From a virus (Duplodnaviria > Caudoviricetes): a stretch of 64,000 nt of DNA. A program made the translations under genes and the position numbers. A model generated the notes under the pieces. The model worked only from the letters and a program-made list of their open reading frames with translations. It had not been told where the DNA came from and did no database searches. The DNA is taken from positions 96,001-160,000 of the IMG/VR virus record IMGVR_UViG_3300036802_000112. One strand, written 5' to 3'. Of the stretch, positions 1 to 10,312 are shown piece after piece. Within the stretch, counting starts at the first letter, position 1. Each line of letters begins with the position of its first letter.

Positions 1-54
1 AGAGAGTGTTCTACCATCATCACCACCGCTAGCCATTAACATCATATCGAGCAT
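1..54 (-). CDS. Partial ORF (5' end), unknown protein, co-oriented downstream of the sigma gene
   Basis: ATG at 54 preceded by GAGGAG; reads MLDMMLMASGGDDGRTLS and runs off the window edge. Confidence 0.5.
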   Translation of the reverse strand, partial: MLDMMLMASGGDDGRTLS

Positions 55-57
55 GGA

Positions 58-891
58 CTATTTCTCCTCCTCTCCATTTACCATTTTTCTGAAGTCTTTA
101 ACTCTGTTTGCTACTGTAGAACTTGAGGTACCATGAGTTAATGCAACAGAAGCGATTGGGTTTTTGTGTACAAGGACATCTTCAACTATTTTGTTATCCT
201 TGTCGGTGAAGTTAAGTTGTTTCTTTGCAAGATCTTTGAGGTCTTGGAATCCAACATCAAAGCTATTTTCCGCATCATAATCACCAGAGTTATCTCGGAA
301 CATTTCTTTGAATTCCATTTGTTTATCTTCATCTTCACCGTGAGTCGCATCACCAATGTAAGATTTAACATCCGTTCGTTTCAAATCTTCAAATCGGTTA
401 TGGAGTACAGGTTGTAGATGTTTCTTAACTTGTTCATCAGTTGGGTTTGGACCGAATTCCATTTTCGCCATTTTAACTGCATCTTGATATTTACGGAGAT
501 TGTATTTTTCCGTACGGTCAACGAACACGCCATCCATAAACTCACCGGAAAGGTTAGTAAGATTACCAGAGATGCTAGGTGTTAAGAATGTGTTCAACTG
601 AGTGCCTGCTGTCGGATCGAATTTTTTAATATGACCAGGTAACCTACTGTAAGCATCTAGTCCGAAAACCTCTCTCGGTACATGTTTGTGTTTTTGAGCA
701 GCTTTATTTATTTCACTTTCCACCATAGGGCGAAGGGACATTAATAATTTTTGATAAACTAATTTATCCCCTGTCTTTTGGTATTCTAAAGCCAAGTTTT
801 TTTCTTCTTCCCTAGATAGGGTCTGACTGTTATCGAAAGCTTGTTTTTCAATAACATCTTTATTACCGTTCATGATATCTAATAAGCCCAT
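58..891 (-). CDS. Phage RNA polymerase sigma-70-family factor (diverged)
   Basis: Region 1.2-like LSREEEKNLALEYQKTGD, region 2-like KKFDPTAGTQLNTFL, C-terminal HTH-like IASVALTHGTSSSTVANRV; AAAGGAG SD favours start at 891. Confidence 0.8.
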   Translation of the reverse strand: MGLLDIMNGNKDVIEKQAFDNSQTLSREEEKNLALEYQKTGDKLVYQKLLMSLRPMVESEINKAAQKHKHVPREVFGLDAYSRLPGHIKKFDPTAGTQLNTFLTPSISGNLTNLSGEFMDGVFVDRTEKYNLRKYQDAVKMAKMEFGPNPTDEQVKKHLQPVLHNRFEDLKRTDVKSYIGDATHGEDEDKQMEFKEMFRDNSGDYDAENSFDVGFQDLKDLAKKQLNFTDKDNKIVEDVLVHKNPIASVALTHGTSSSTVANRVKDFRKMVNGEEEK

Positions 892-930
892 GACCACTTC
901 TCCTTTCATGTAAAAACATGAAGAGTATTT

Positions 931-3624
931 CTACTCTCCACGGTTTTTACTTGCTTCTCGCGCACCGAGTCCAGCCATTGCTAACGAGCTTAAACCGACC
1001 ATAGCACCAGATGTTTTCTTGTAATCATTTTGTTCTACAGAAGATTTGTTATCAAGAATCGAATTTAATTCCGTTTCTTTCTGTTCAATTTTACCCTTGA
1101 TAGAGTCAACTTTCACTTGAGCAGATGTTTGTTTTGTTTGACTAGGCTTCGGAGAATTCTTGAACGCTCTAAGTTCGATGTTAGCTTCTTGGAACTGTTT
1201 CATCAAATTACCTAGTTCACGTTTTTTCGTTTCAGCTACGTCGCCAATTTCTTTAATTTGTTTAGAGTTGAATAACCCTGCTTCTTTTTCGATACCGCCA
1301 TTTAACTTTTCATTGAAATGAGCGTACGCATAAAGACCTTCTAATTGAGAGATAGCTTGTTTTACAAGTGCAGGTTTAACTACCGGTCTAGCATGTTTCG
1401 TTAATTGCAGACGGTTTAACTGAATTAATTCGTTTGTAGCATCAGCAATATGGCCTTTTACAGAAGCTACTTTTTCTAACGTTTCATTATCAAGTTTAAC
1501 AAATGAACCCTTAGAAATTTCGTGAGCCATTTTATCTAATTGGTATTTCATATTCGTCATCATAGCTAACTCGAACCAATTCGGGCCCGATAACTCATTC
1601 GCTACCTTTTCGATATCCCTTGCAGTTTCGAATGATGTTTTTAAGAAATCATCCCACTCTTTAATCTTACCTGGGACGCTTGGAGCTGCACTGCTAATGA
1701 ATGAAGATAATGTACCAGATACCATGTTTTCAAAGATTGGCATAAAGTTATTAGCGTTTAATGTATGGTTAGCTAACCCCTGGAACTTCTTCTTTCTTTG
1801 TTCTTTTGCAATATCTTCTGGTGTAGTGTTCTGTGCTTTTTGTTTACTTGGCAAATTGAATGTAGCTGATCTACCATTACGCTTCGTAATTTCGAAGAAT
1901 TGTTCGATACGGCGCATATCAAATCCTAACAGTTGTAAAGTCTGTCTAGCGCTATCTTCTGATAAGCTATTCATATTCTTTGTTTGGATTTTGTATTGCG
2001 CTTTTCCATCAGGAGAATCAACCATATCAGTGTATGTCCACTTTATATCATACATTCTTGGTCTAGAATCCTTCTTCACATATAACGTTACTTTGTCCGC
2101 TTGTTCGTAAGCCGCAACTTTATTCATGTGATCTAGGTATCCAGTAGGTTTTTGGAATGAACCTTCAATACGTTTTTTCATTGGATACACTTTGTGATGT
2201 TTAGACATCAGAATATATTCTTCTGCATAGTGAGAAGAGATAAACATATTCGCACGTTTTAAATCGATGTTATCTTTCGCTACATCAACAATCATTGTTT
2301 CTAATTCATCACGAGTAATAACAGAAGGACCTTTAAACGATTCATCTTGCATAATGAAGAAGCATACATCTTTATTACCCTTCACGCCCACGTATCTAGC
2401 GCAGATTACATCTTCGAAAATAGAATTACAGTAATCTGACTTAGAAGGGTTTTTACCACGCTCTGCGCGTTCAGGGACACTAATTACAATACCATTACGT
2501 ACTTCGCTTTGTTTTTGTGAATAACTAATCGTAAACGGATGTACAAGTGTATCTTCTTCTAATTCGTAAGAATACATAGAGCCTTCAGCCATTGACTTCG
2601 CTTCAACAGTTGCAGGTTCAAAGAATCTATCAGCTTCTTGTAATGTTGTCATAAACTTTTCAGTAGTTTTTAACATGCTGTATTCTTTTTTATTATCCAG
2701 AACAACAGCTGCAAAACCAGAATTAACACTATCACCAGTTGCAGTTACTAATTTGTGATATACACGACCTGGACGGTATTCGAATTGGCCTTGATCTAAG
2801 AGAGGGAATACGATATTGTTTCCACTTTTTACACGATTAATCCCTACTAATTTGTCATCATCAAGCTTTTTGAATTCACGTCTAACATCTACTCTTTCAG
2901 CAGTGTCAGGCATTGTTTCAGCTGTTTTCACTTGTTCTACAGCCTTTGTGAATGCTTCTTTCTCTACAGTTTCTAAGAATCCATCTACAACACTTTCTTT
3001 GTAAATTTCAGCACTCGCTAGTTTTTCAGATACGTCACTAAACACTTCTGCAACGTCTACATTTGCACTAGCACGTTTCATCATACGTTCATCATCTAAA
3101 TGACCGAACTCTAATCCATCCCATAACCCTGCGCCTGTAGCGTCCGTAGCTCTATGAGAATCACGAATATCCATAATCGTTCCTAAGAATCCGTTGTGTG
3201 TAGGGATATCTTTGAAATCAACCACTTCTGCAATTTCTCCATCAGAACTATCAGCTTGACTTTCTACCTTTTGTTTAAGCGCGAAAGCTAACTTTTGTAA
3301 TTTACCAATATCATAAGGAACTTCTTGATCACCTAGACGAATCACATCGAACGGGATTAAGTTTTTGTCTTGGATAATGAATGGTAAGTAAAACTTCACA
3401 CCTTTCACATCTAGTTCGATATTACCGAATGCATGTGTGATATTACCTGATAAGTCACCATCTTCTGTATCCACTCGTAACACTGGTCTGATAGTTACGA
3501 ACTCCGCTGCGTCACCTAAATCACTGCGTACTTTATCGACTAAGAATTTTTCAACAGCTGCAGGTCCGGTCTGTTTCAACGGAATCCCAACGATTGTATT
3601 GCTAATCTTATTCAAACTTTCCAC
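931..3624 (-). CDS. Large putative virion head/internal protein with repeated K-x-A motifs
   Basis: 897 aa; EKLAS, EKEAF, VKTAE, NKVAA, EKVAN, DKMAH, EKVAS, EKEAG, like the protease and scaffold genes; hydrophobic Gly/Ala C-terminus. Confidence 0.55.
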   Translation of the reverse strand: MESLNKISNTIVGIPLKQTGPAAVEKFLVDKVRSDLGDAAEFVTIRPVLRVDTEDGDLSGNITHAFGNIELDVKGVKFYLPFIIQDKNLIPFDVIRLGDQEVPYDIGKLQKLAFALKQKVESQADSSDGEIAEVVDFKDIPTHNGFLGTIMDIRDSHRATDATGAGLWDGLEFGHLDDERMMKRASANVDVAEVFSDVSEKLASAEIYKESVVDGFLETVEKEAFTKAVEQVKTAETMPDTAERVDVRREFKKLDDDKLVGINRVKSGNNIVFPLLDQGQFEYRPGRVYHKLVTATGDSVNSGFAAVVLDNKKEYSMLKTTEKFMTTLQEADRFFEPATVEAKSMAEGSMYSYELEEDTLVHPFTISYSQKQSEVRNGIVISVPERAERGKNPSKSDYCNSIFEDVICARYVGVKGNKDVCFFIMQDESFKGPSVITRDELETMIVDVAKDNIDLKRANMFISSHYAEEYILMSKHHKVYPMKKRIEGSFQKPTGYLDHMNKVAAYEQADKVTLYVKKDSRPRMYDIKWTYTDMVDSPDGKAQYKIQTKNMNSLSEDSARQTLQLLGFDMRRIEQFFEITKRNGRSATFNLPSKQKAQNTTPEDIAKEQRKKKFQGLANHTLNANNFMPIFENMVSGTLSSFISSAAPSVPGKIKEWDDFLKTSFETARDIEKVANELSGPNWFELAMMTNMKYQLDKMAHEISKGSFVKLDNETLEKVASVKGHIADATNELIQLNRLQLTKHARPVVKPALVKQAISQLEGLYAYAHFNEKLNGGIEKEAGLFNSKQIKEIGDVAETKKRELGNLMKQFQEANIELRAFKNSPKPSQTKQTSAQVKVDSIKGKIEQKETELNSILDNKSSVEQNDYKKTSGAMVGLSSLAMAGLGAREASKNRGE

Positions 3625-3672
3625 CTCATTTATCGTCTTATTTTTACTGTCTTTAGTATATCATGACACCTT

Positions 3673-3695
3673 AAAAATAGTTATAAGAAAAGTGA
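3673..3695 (+). promoter_or_regulatory. Variant copy of the recurrent phage motif (AAAAATAGTTATAAGAAAAGTGA)
   Basis: Resembles the copies at 5806, 11657 and 23797; lies at the start of the plus-strand block. Confidence 0.55.
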
Positions 3696-3745
3696 AGGTA
3701 GGAAAGCGTGTGCTTCCCTCTCTTTTTATATAAGGAGGAATTGAA

Positions 3746-4336
3746 ATGAAGATGAAAATAACGGAAGGACAAAAGCGATTATCTAAGCATGTGGAAGAGA
3801 ACTATATGAAGTATATCAATTACAATGACAAAAACTTAGATTACGATGCAATTGTCAGCAGAGATAAAGTACTAAGACACTTGAAGAAATTGTACAAGGA
3901 GTTAGACGTTTCATTAACAGATGAGGACTTACCGAACATGTTTTATGCGTACCGAGAATATGCGATAGCTAAGGACAGATACGAGATCTTAAATTTGAAA
4001 TACTATTTAAGAACAGCTTTCTTTTCGTTATTCGAAGGGGAAACATCAGCGGAAGATACATTGGAATGGTGCATGAGATTGTTCGACGGAACTTGGTTTA
4101 GACCGTTCATTGATGAAATGAAGGAGTCAAAAGCATTCCCTGAACTAAAGATCTTCTATGACTATGGGAGAGCATATGTCGATAGAACAGAAGATTGGGT
4201 TTCATACGGTCATTTGTATGAGTACTCAAAGATGGGCGGAAGGATGGATGCGTTTCGTCAAAATGAATTTCAAAGAGTACAAAATGATTATAAAAACGTT
4301 TTAGAAATGTTAGCAGACGAAGGAGGGTCTTTGTAA
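3746..4336 (+). CDS. Hypothetical protein
   Basis: 196 aa ORF with strong AAGGAGG SD. Confidence 0.75.
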   Translation: MKMKITEGQKRLSKHVEENYMKYINYNDKNLDYDAIVSRDKVLRHLKKLYKELDVSLTDEDLPNMFYAYREYAIAKDRYEILNLKYYLRTAFFSLFEGETSAEDTLEWCMRLFDGTWFRPFIDEMKESKAFPELKIFYDYGRAYVDRTEDWVSYGHLYEYSKMGGRMDAFRQNEFQRVQNDYKNVLEMLADEGGSL

Positions 4337-4686
4337 TGAGTAGAATGTCATTACACAACTATGTGTGTTTAGCTATGGTAAGGCCGATTACGGAAAAGGA
4401 TAGAGAACCTTTACGTAAACTTTCTTTTGAACCATACGAGTTAATTGAATTGAAGAACATGAATACAAAAGATTTAAGAGGTCTTATGTGTTTTTGCGGA
4501 ATAAGAGTGTACGAGGATATGCCTGTTATTGCTTGCGAGGATGACGAATTACGTATGGCTTATTTAGTTTGGCGTTCTTACTATTCAAGAGAAAAACGAG
4601 TGGAGTTAAACAAGAAATTAGCGAAGGTGCAAAAGTATGGATTTAAAATATTCGATGAAATTAAAGAAAATTTATCTATCATTTAA
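4336..4686 (+). CDS. Hypothetical protein
   Basis: 116 aa ORF; TAATG overlap with the upstream gene, GGAGG SD. Confidence 0.7.
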   Translation: MSRMSLHNYVCLAMVRPITEKDREPLRKLSFEPYELIELKNMNTKDLRGLMCFCGIRVYEDMPVIACEDDELRMAYLVWRSYYSREKRVELNKKLAKVQKYGFKIFDEIKENLSII

Positions 4687-4699
4687 AGGAGTGAATGCA

Positions 4700-4903
4700 A
4701 TGGTTGGAGATAAAACATTGGAAGAAATGGGTCAGTTTGTATTAGTTTATGACAAGAGAGAAGGCCACGATCATTTAAGAATGGTTTCTTGCCCGAATGA
4801 ATATTGCGAGCATCGTATTGTTGTGTACATCTCGGATAAAACTGAATACGTGGACTGCGTGGGTTGTGATAACAGAATCAAATTAAAAGAGAAAGGGGAA
4901 TAA
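4700..4903 (+). CDS. Small zinc-ribbon protein
   Basis: CPNEYC...CVGC; AAAGGAG SD favours ATG at 4700. Confidence 0.65.
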   Translation: MVGDKTLEEMGQFVLVYDKREGHDHLRMVSCPNEYCEHRIVVYISDKTEYVDCVGCDNRIKLKEKGE

Positions 4904-4906
4904 AAA

Positions 4907-5509
4907 ATGTCAGAAGAAGTATTACCTTTACGAGTTTTATCTTCGGAGGAAGCAGAAAAGATATTAAAGATATCCGTTCCTAAGGCAAAGAAAGTATCAG
5001 AGTTAGTTTCAGCTTCTCAAGCACCTTTAGATGTATACTTAACAACTCCTGTCGATAATGAGGGTACAGAATCGATATTCCAAGAAGGTTTAGCGAAAGC
5101 AGTTACGACACCTCACTTGAGAGCGTCCATTTTGCTTACGTTCGGCGCAGAAGGAACTTGTATGTTTTTATATGAAGCATCAGAACAAAAGTTGTCAGCA
5201 CAAGAAATAAGAGGGGCTTTGATATCTTCCTATGAAAGTTTGAAAGACAACGACAACAGGAAGTTTGTTATACCATGCAGAGAGTTAAATCAAACGCATA
5301 TGATTCATGGTTCTAGTTTTTCTCAGTATCTCATAACGAAGAGAGAAGATATAAAAGATTGCGAGATTGTTATTATTAACATCCACCACGATTACATAAG
5401 AGGCTATGCTAGCTTAGGTGACGAAGAGTTGTTACTACACGCTTTTTACGAATTACATCAATTCCTTCTTAAAGGTACTGATGAGGTCATAGTGTTAGAA
5501 GAAAAGTGA
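4907..5509 (+). CDS. Hypothetical protein
   Basis: 200 aa ORF with SD. Confidence 0.7.
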   Translation: MSEEVLPLRVLSSEEAEKILKISVPKAKKVSELVSASQAPLDVYLTTPVDNEGTESIFQEGLAKAVTTPHLRASILLTFGAEGTCMFLYEASEQKLSAQEIRGALISSYESLKDNDNRKFVIPCRELNQTHMIHGSSFSQYLITKREDIKDCEIVIINIHHDYIRGYASLGDEELLLHAFYELHQFLLKGTDEVIVLEEK

Positions 5510-5561
5510 GGGAGAAGAAGCTATTTCTTCTCTTTACATTTTCTAGGATAGAGGTTGATGA

Positions 5562-5807
5562 GTGTTGGATTATGTAACACCGAAGGTATGGTTAACTACA
5601 AATTGGAAAACATCTTTGCCGACAGCAGTTTATGTAGGGGCAATTACATTTGGTGTGTTCCTACGTAATATTTTACAGAAGGGGGAGAAGTGGACAGTAT
5701 TAATTTCGAATACTAACAAAGTACCAATGGCTGTAAAGGTAGTCTTATGGTTGCCACTTATTTACATCGTTACGCCATATACGGATATTTCATTGTTAGG
5801 CATGTAA
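5562..5807 (+). CDS. Small membrane protein
   Basis: Two hydrophobic segments; GAGG SD, GTG start. Confidence 0.55.
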   Translation: MLDYVTPKVWLTTNWKTSLPTAVYVGAITFGVFLRNILQKGEKWTVLISNTNKVPMAVKVVLWLPLIYIVTPYTDISLLGM

Positions 5808-5828
5808 AACTTGTTATAAGTAAAGTGA
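5806..5828 (+). promoter_or_regulatory. Recurrent phage motif AAAACTTGTTATAAGTAAAGTGA (putative phage-specific promoter)
   Basis: 18-nt core identical at 5811, 11662 and 23802, each about 40-50 nt upstream of a start codon. Confidence 0.75.
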
Positions 5829-5866
5829 TAAACAAATACATATCACTTAAAAAGGAGAGAATAAAA

Positions 5867-6199
5867 ATGACAACAGAACAAAACAAGAATACAGGAAAAA
5901 CAAATACAGAAGTAACGGAGGGTAAAGTAATGCAAAAGGATAACGAAGTATTATCAGCAACAAATCAGTTCGACGTAGAAAGACAAAGATTGATTGTAGA
6001 ACATGAAAAAGCAAAAGAAGCATCATGGGAACAAGTACAAAAGATGAAATTACAAACAGAAGAAAGAATGAACAGATTCAATAAAGTAACAAATATTGTG
6101 GAAAAAGCAGTAGTAGGTGGATTAATATCATTAGTATGCATCAAGAGTTTTGAATACAGTGCAGAAGTACAAAAACATAAGTCGCAATTTGGTGAGTAA
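5867..6199 (+). CDS. A-rich early protein, coiled coil plus hydrophobic segment
   Basis: AAAGGAG SD, ATG 5867; AVVGGLISLVCI segment; followed by a terminator. Confidence 0.75.
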   Translation: MTTEQNKNTGKTNTEVTEGKVMQKDNEVLSATNQFDVERQRLIVEHEKAKEASWEQVQKMKLQTEERMNRFNKVTNIVEKAVVGGLISLVCIKSFEYSAEVQKHKSQFGE

Positions 6200-6207
6200 A
6201 TATGCCA

Positions 6208-6249
6208 AAATATAATAGGACCATTAGGTCCTATTATATTTGTTTTTTT
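6208..6249 (+). terminator. Rho-independent terminator
   Basis: AAATATAATAGGACC-atta-GGTCCTATTATATTT perfect inverted repeat plus T run. Confidence 0.8.
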
Positions 6250-6270
6250 GAAGAGGAGAGGAATATAGAA

Positions 6271-6942
6271 ATGGGATTCGAGTTAAAAGAATTTGATTAC
6301 AAAGAGCATGTTCTATCATTAATGTATTTACATACAGGGGAGGAAAAAGTCGAAAAAGAAATTCGAGTTTCTTTTAAATTCGAATGGGAACAACCGCAAG
6401 AATTTTTCAACAAGCATTTTATGGAAGTGAAAACAGGAAAAGAAGATCAAGCGGCCGATGCATTAAAAGGCGTTTCTTTTGTAGAAGGACAAGTGAGTCA
6501 CGAAGAAATCAAAAAGTTATTATTGGATGCTGTTACAATCCATGTTCCGACTTCTGATACTTTCGGTTTACTTTGGACGATACTTGAAACGTGGAAGAAA
6601 TTAAAAATGTGTCCGTTTCACATTCAAGATTTAGACCACCCTGCTTATCCCGTTATGACTATCGTATACAATAAAGAGGTTTTCCCTTGTATGCGTAAAT
6701 TAGTAGAAACTGTATTAGTAGCAATTGGGAATGCGGAGGTTACAGAGGTTGCGAAGCAGGAAGAAGAAACAAAAGAAGAAGAGATTGATATCTTAAATGA
6801 TGAGGATGCAGAAGTTATCGAACACGAAGTAGATGACGAAGTTGCAGCATTTATGAAGCAAAAGGGAGTAAAGAAGGAAGTAAAGATTGAGCCATTAAAA
6901 GAAGCGATGCCTACATTCGAGCCAGGAGGAGACGAAGAATGA
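6271..6942 (+). CDS. Hypothetical protein with acidic C-terminus
   Basis: Start moved to ATG 6271 (after the terminator, GAGGAGAGG SD). Confidence 0.7.
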   Translation: MGFELKEFDYKEHVLSLMYLHTGEEKVEKEIRVSFKFEWEQPQEFFNKHFMEVKTGKEDQAADALKGVSFVEGQVSHEEIKKLLLDAVTIHVPTSDTFGLLWTILETWKKLKMCPFHIQDLDHPAYPVMTIVYNKEVFPCMRKLVETVLVAIGNAEVTEVAKQEEETKEEEIDILNDEDAEVIEHEVDDEVAAFMKQKGVKKEVKIEPLKEAMPTFEPGGDEE

Positions 6943-7937
6943 TTAGTTATTTATATTTCACAGATCCACATGCAAAAGGGAAATCTCCATCAACAAGAAC
7001 AGATGACTTCCCTGAAACAATCCTAAGAAAAATTGCGAAAGGTTTTGAAATTGGTCATGAGAATAACGTCGATTTCTTTATGTGCGGCGGTGACTTCGTA
7101 GATAGTGCTTATGTATCACCTAAGTTCGTTAGACGTTTAGGGAGGGTTATCAAGGAGAATTTAAAAGGAAAGAAACTCTTCTTCGTTTGGGGCAACCACG
7201 ATATCATCGCATGGAATCCAAAAACCGCAGAAGACACAGCTTTCGGTCTATTCGAAGAATTCTTTGACGATATGATTCCTTTAACACGAGAGCCAACGAG
7301 ATACACATTCAACGGTGAAGATATTTTATTATCGGGTGTTCATTCTTATGCAAACTTAGATAGACATATATTAGATGCAGAAGGAAATATCTTAGAACAT
7401 CGTAGTCGTGATTATGTTATTACAGAAGATTACGACGCTCCAGTTATTCATACAGTGCATGGATATTTATCACCGAAAGCAATCTTAGAAGATATCCCTC
7501 ACACTGTAATTGCAGAGATGTCACATACAAAAGCAACAATTACACAAACAGGTCATGAGCATACTGGATTTGCTCCTATTACACTACCAAATGGTATCGT
7601 TGTAAATCCAGGTGCATTAGGTCGTGTATTTGCATCGCATACAGAAATGAACCGTATGCCTCAGTATACTTTGAATAAAGTGCATGGCATTGGTAACGCA
7701 GAGGTTATCCCTATTCAGTGTCCAATCGCTGAAAAAGGTGATGTGGTTATGGACAGAACTGCACTGGATGAAAAGAAAGCAAGACAAGAAATTCTGTTAC
7801 AAGCAAAAGCAAATATGAACGAAGTGTTAAGTGAAATTAATATTCAAGCTGTTGAGTTACATATTGTTATGCAACGTTTTAAAGACAAAGTTGACGATGA
7901 TGTATATGCAGAAGCGAAACGAAGATTAGGAGTGTGA
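6939..7937 (+). CDS. Mre11/SbcD-like metallophosphoesterase nuclease
   Basis: TDPH, GGDFVD, GNHD, GHEH, NPG phosphoesterase motifs; near SbcC-like genes. Confidence 0.9.
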   Translation: MISYLYFTDPHAKGKSPSTRTDDFPETILRKIAKGFEIGHENNVDFFMCGGDFVDSAYVSPKFVRRLGRVIKENLKGKKLFFVWGNHDIIAWNPKTAEDTAFGLFEEFFDDMIPLTREPTRYTFNGEDILLSGVHSYANLDRHILDAEGNILEHRSRDYVITEDYDAPVIHTVHGYLSPKAILEDIPHTVIAEMSHTKATITQTGHEHTGFAPITLPNGIVVNPGALGRVFASHTEMNRMPQYTLNKVHGIGNAEVIPIQCPIAEKGDVVMDRTALDEKKARQEILLQAKANMNEVLSEINIQAVELHIVMQRFKDKVDDDVYAEAKRRLGV

Positions 7938-7971
7938 TATACACTCCTTTTTCTATTGAGGAGGAAATGAC

Positions 7972-8997
7972 ATGGAAAAGGAAATTATTAACTTTTATGA
8001 AGTATTAGGTATTAAAACAACTGCGGATGCAAAAGAAATTAAGAAAGCATACAGAGATTTAGCGAAGAAATATCACCCTGATGTTAGTGATGTTGTAGAT
8101 GCGAAAGAGAAGTTCCAAGAAATTCAGGAAGCTTATGAGATTCTAGGGAACGAAGAGAGCAGAGAAGATTATGATGCTGCACTAAAGGATCATGAAGCAA
8201 GAGTGGAAAGAAGCAAAGTGAAGTTTACTGATGTATTCCGTTCTTTCTTCACGAGTTCTGCTAATGCATTAAAAGCGTTAGATGGAAAGGATGTTGAAGT
8301 TACCGTACTCTTTACAGTAGAAGATGCATTCAAAGGAACTGAAAAAACCTTTGAATACAATCGTTTTAAATCTTGCCCTGATTGCAAAGGACACGGCGTT
8401 ATCAGTGAAAACTTAACTCCTTGTTCTGATTGTGATGGAAAAGGCGTAACACCAAAAATGATTTTAACACCGTTTGGTAAACTACAGTCTTCCGAAGAAT
8501 GTAAAAAATGCAAAGGTACCACGTATAAGAAACATTCTCCTTGTGAAACATGCATGAGAACAGGGAAAGTAACAAACAAGTCTAAAATCAAAATAGAAGT
8601 TCCAGCGGATGTTTATCATGGCAAGCAAATGATTATACATGGTCGAGGTGAATTAGGTATTCGTGGTGGATCAACAGGAGACTTAATCATCACATTCGAA
8701 CATTCACCAAGCGATGTGTATAAATTGGAATATGATTACGACATTGTTAAGAAGTTGACGATTCCTTTAAAGACAGCACTTTTAGGAGGTGAGGCTCAAG
8801 TAATAAAACCGAATGGCGAAAAAGAAACCGTTAAAATACCAAAGGCTACGTCAAATGGTTCTCGACTTGGACTAGGTAACATGGGATTATTGAATGAGAA
8901 AACAAAGCAGAGAGGGCTATGCTACGCTGAATTGGTAGTAGCGATGCCTACAGATTTATCACAATCGGAACTGAATAAGATTGGTGATATCTTGTGA
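7972..8997 (+). CDS. dnaJ: DnaJ-family co-chaperone
   Basis: J domain with HPD, four CxxCxGxG-type repeats, C-terminal domain. Confidence 0.92.
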   Translation: MEKEIINFYEVLGIKTTADAKEIKKAYRDLAKKYHPDVSDVVDAKEKFQEIQEAYEILGNEESREDYDAALKDHEARVERSKVKFTDVFRSFFTSSANALKALDGKDVEVTVLFTVEDAFKGTEKTFEYNRFKSCPDCKGHGVISENLTPCSDCDGKGVTPKMILTPFGKLQSSEECKKCKGTTYKKHSPCETCMRTGKVTNKSKIKIEVPADVYHGKQMIIHGRGELGIRGGSTGDLIITFEHSPSDVYKLEYDYDIVKKLTIPLKTALLGGEAQVIKPNGEKETVKIPKATSNGSRLGLGNMGLLNEKTKQRGLCYAELVVAMPTDLSQSELNKIGDIL

Positions 8998-9013
8998 TAG
9001 GAGGAAGAGAATC

Positions 9014-10294
9014 TTGACTACAACTTATTTGACGGGTGTGGAATTATATGATTTCCGCACCCACTCTAAAACAAAAATGAAATTCACAAGAGATATGAAT
9101 GCTCTTGTTGGTTCTAGTAGTGCTGGTAAGAGTAATGTTATACGTGGAATCATTTGGAATATTTTGAATGAACCTGCTGGTAATGACTTCATTAAACAAG
9201 GGAAGTCAGAAGCTTGTGTTATTACACATTGGTCCAATGGTTACTCTATTGAACGAGCTAGAAATAAAAGCGGAACAAAAAACGTATACATCGTACACAA
9301 AGATGGTGAAGTAGTTAACGAGTACACTGGTTTCGGAACTGGCGTACCACCTGAGGTTACAGACATTCATGGTATTAGACCTTTAGCGAACGGTGTGTAT
9401 TTCAACTATGCAAACCAATTAGAATCAGCATTCTTATTATCTGAGTCTCCAAAGGTTCGTGCTGAAGTTATTGGTAACTTAGAAGAATTGGGTCGTATTG
9501 ATGAAGAGTTAACGAAAATCAATAGTGACATTAAAGCTGATAAAAAGTTATACAAAGTAATATCAGAAGAAGTTGCTAGTTACAATACTTCTATAGAAGA
9601 GTTAGAAAAGAAAATCGAATTAAAAGCACAGAAAATCGAAGTGCTCAAAGAGTTTTGTGGTAGCGTAGAAGAACAAGAACGCATTCAAAATACGTTATCA
9701 AAACACAACGAACGCTTAGCAACATTAACAGAAGAAATTAATCAAGCAGCTCGCACAGTCATGACAGCGAATAAGATATTAGAAAACTGGGATGACAACT
9801 TAGAGAGCAATATTCAAACGTATCGTAAATTAGAAGGTTACGTAAGTCGATTAGGAGAAATACAAGTTGAAATGAGTTCTATTTCATTCTTAAAAGATGA
9901 GGCATTATCAGAACTAATTAGATTATGCGAGGAAACAGAAGGCTCCATGCAATCGTTCCAAGCATTCTCTAATTACGCAAAACGCTTAGAAGGTATTCAT
10001 GATTCCAGACAACGAATAGAATCTCAAATGCCTTCTGAGAGAATTGCGAGTATGAATTTTGATGCATTAGATAAAGATATCGAACATTTCCGATATGTAC
10101 AAAAACACCTGAGTCGATTACAAGACATCGATTCGGAAGTAGTGCGTAATAAACAAGAAACAGAAAAGGCTACAAACGAAATCGTCAACCTAGTAGATAA
10201 ATTAGTGGAACTACTACATGATGAAAAAGTATGCCCAACTTGTACGCAAACAACAGAAAACATTACAACAGAACAAATCAAACAATTAGTATAA
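9014..10294 (+). CDS. Rad50/SbcC-like ATPase, N-terminal half (Walker A, coiled coil, zinc hook)
   Basis: GSSSAGKSN Walker A, Q-loop-like ANQ, coiled coil, terminal CPTC; GGAGG SD favours TTG at 9014. Confidence 0.88.
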   Translation: MTTTYLTGVELYDFRTHSKTKMKFTRDMNALVGSSSAGKSNVIRGIIWNILNEPAGNDFIKQGKSEACVITHWSNGYSIERARNKSGTKNVYIVHKDGEVVNEYTGFGTGVPPEVTDIHGIRPLANGVYFNYANQLESAFLLSESPKVRAEVIGNLEELGRIDEELTKINSDIKADKKLYKVISEEVASYNTSIEELEKKIELKAQKIEVLKEFCGSVEEQERIQNTLSKHNERLATLTEEINQAARTVMTANKILENWDDNLESNIQTYRKLEGYVSRLGEIQVEMSSISFLKDEALSELIRLCEETEGSMQSFQAFSNYAKRLEGIHDSRQRIESQMPSERIASMNFDALDKDIEHFRYVQKHLSRLQDIDSEVVRNKQETEKATNEIVNLVDKLVELLHDEKVCPTCTQTTENITTEQIKQLV

Positions 10295-10312
10295 ACTAGG
10301 AGGAATTTTATA

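Noticed and set aside
6202-6270. N-terminal extension of the ORF called at 6202
   Set aside because: It overlaps a terminator hairpin; the SD supports ATG 6271
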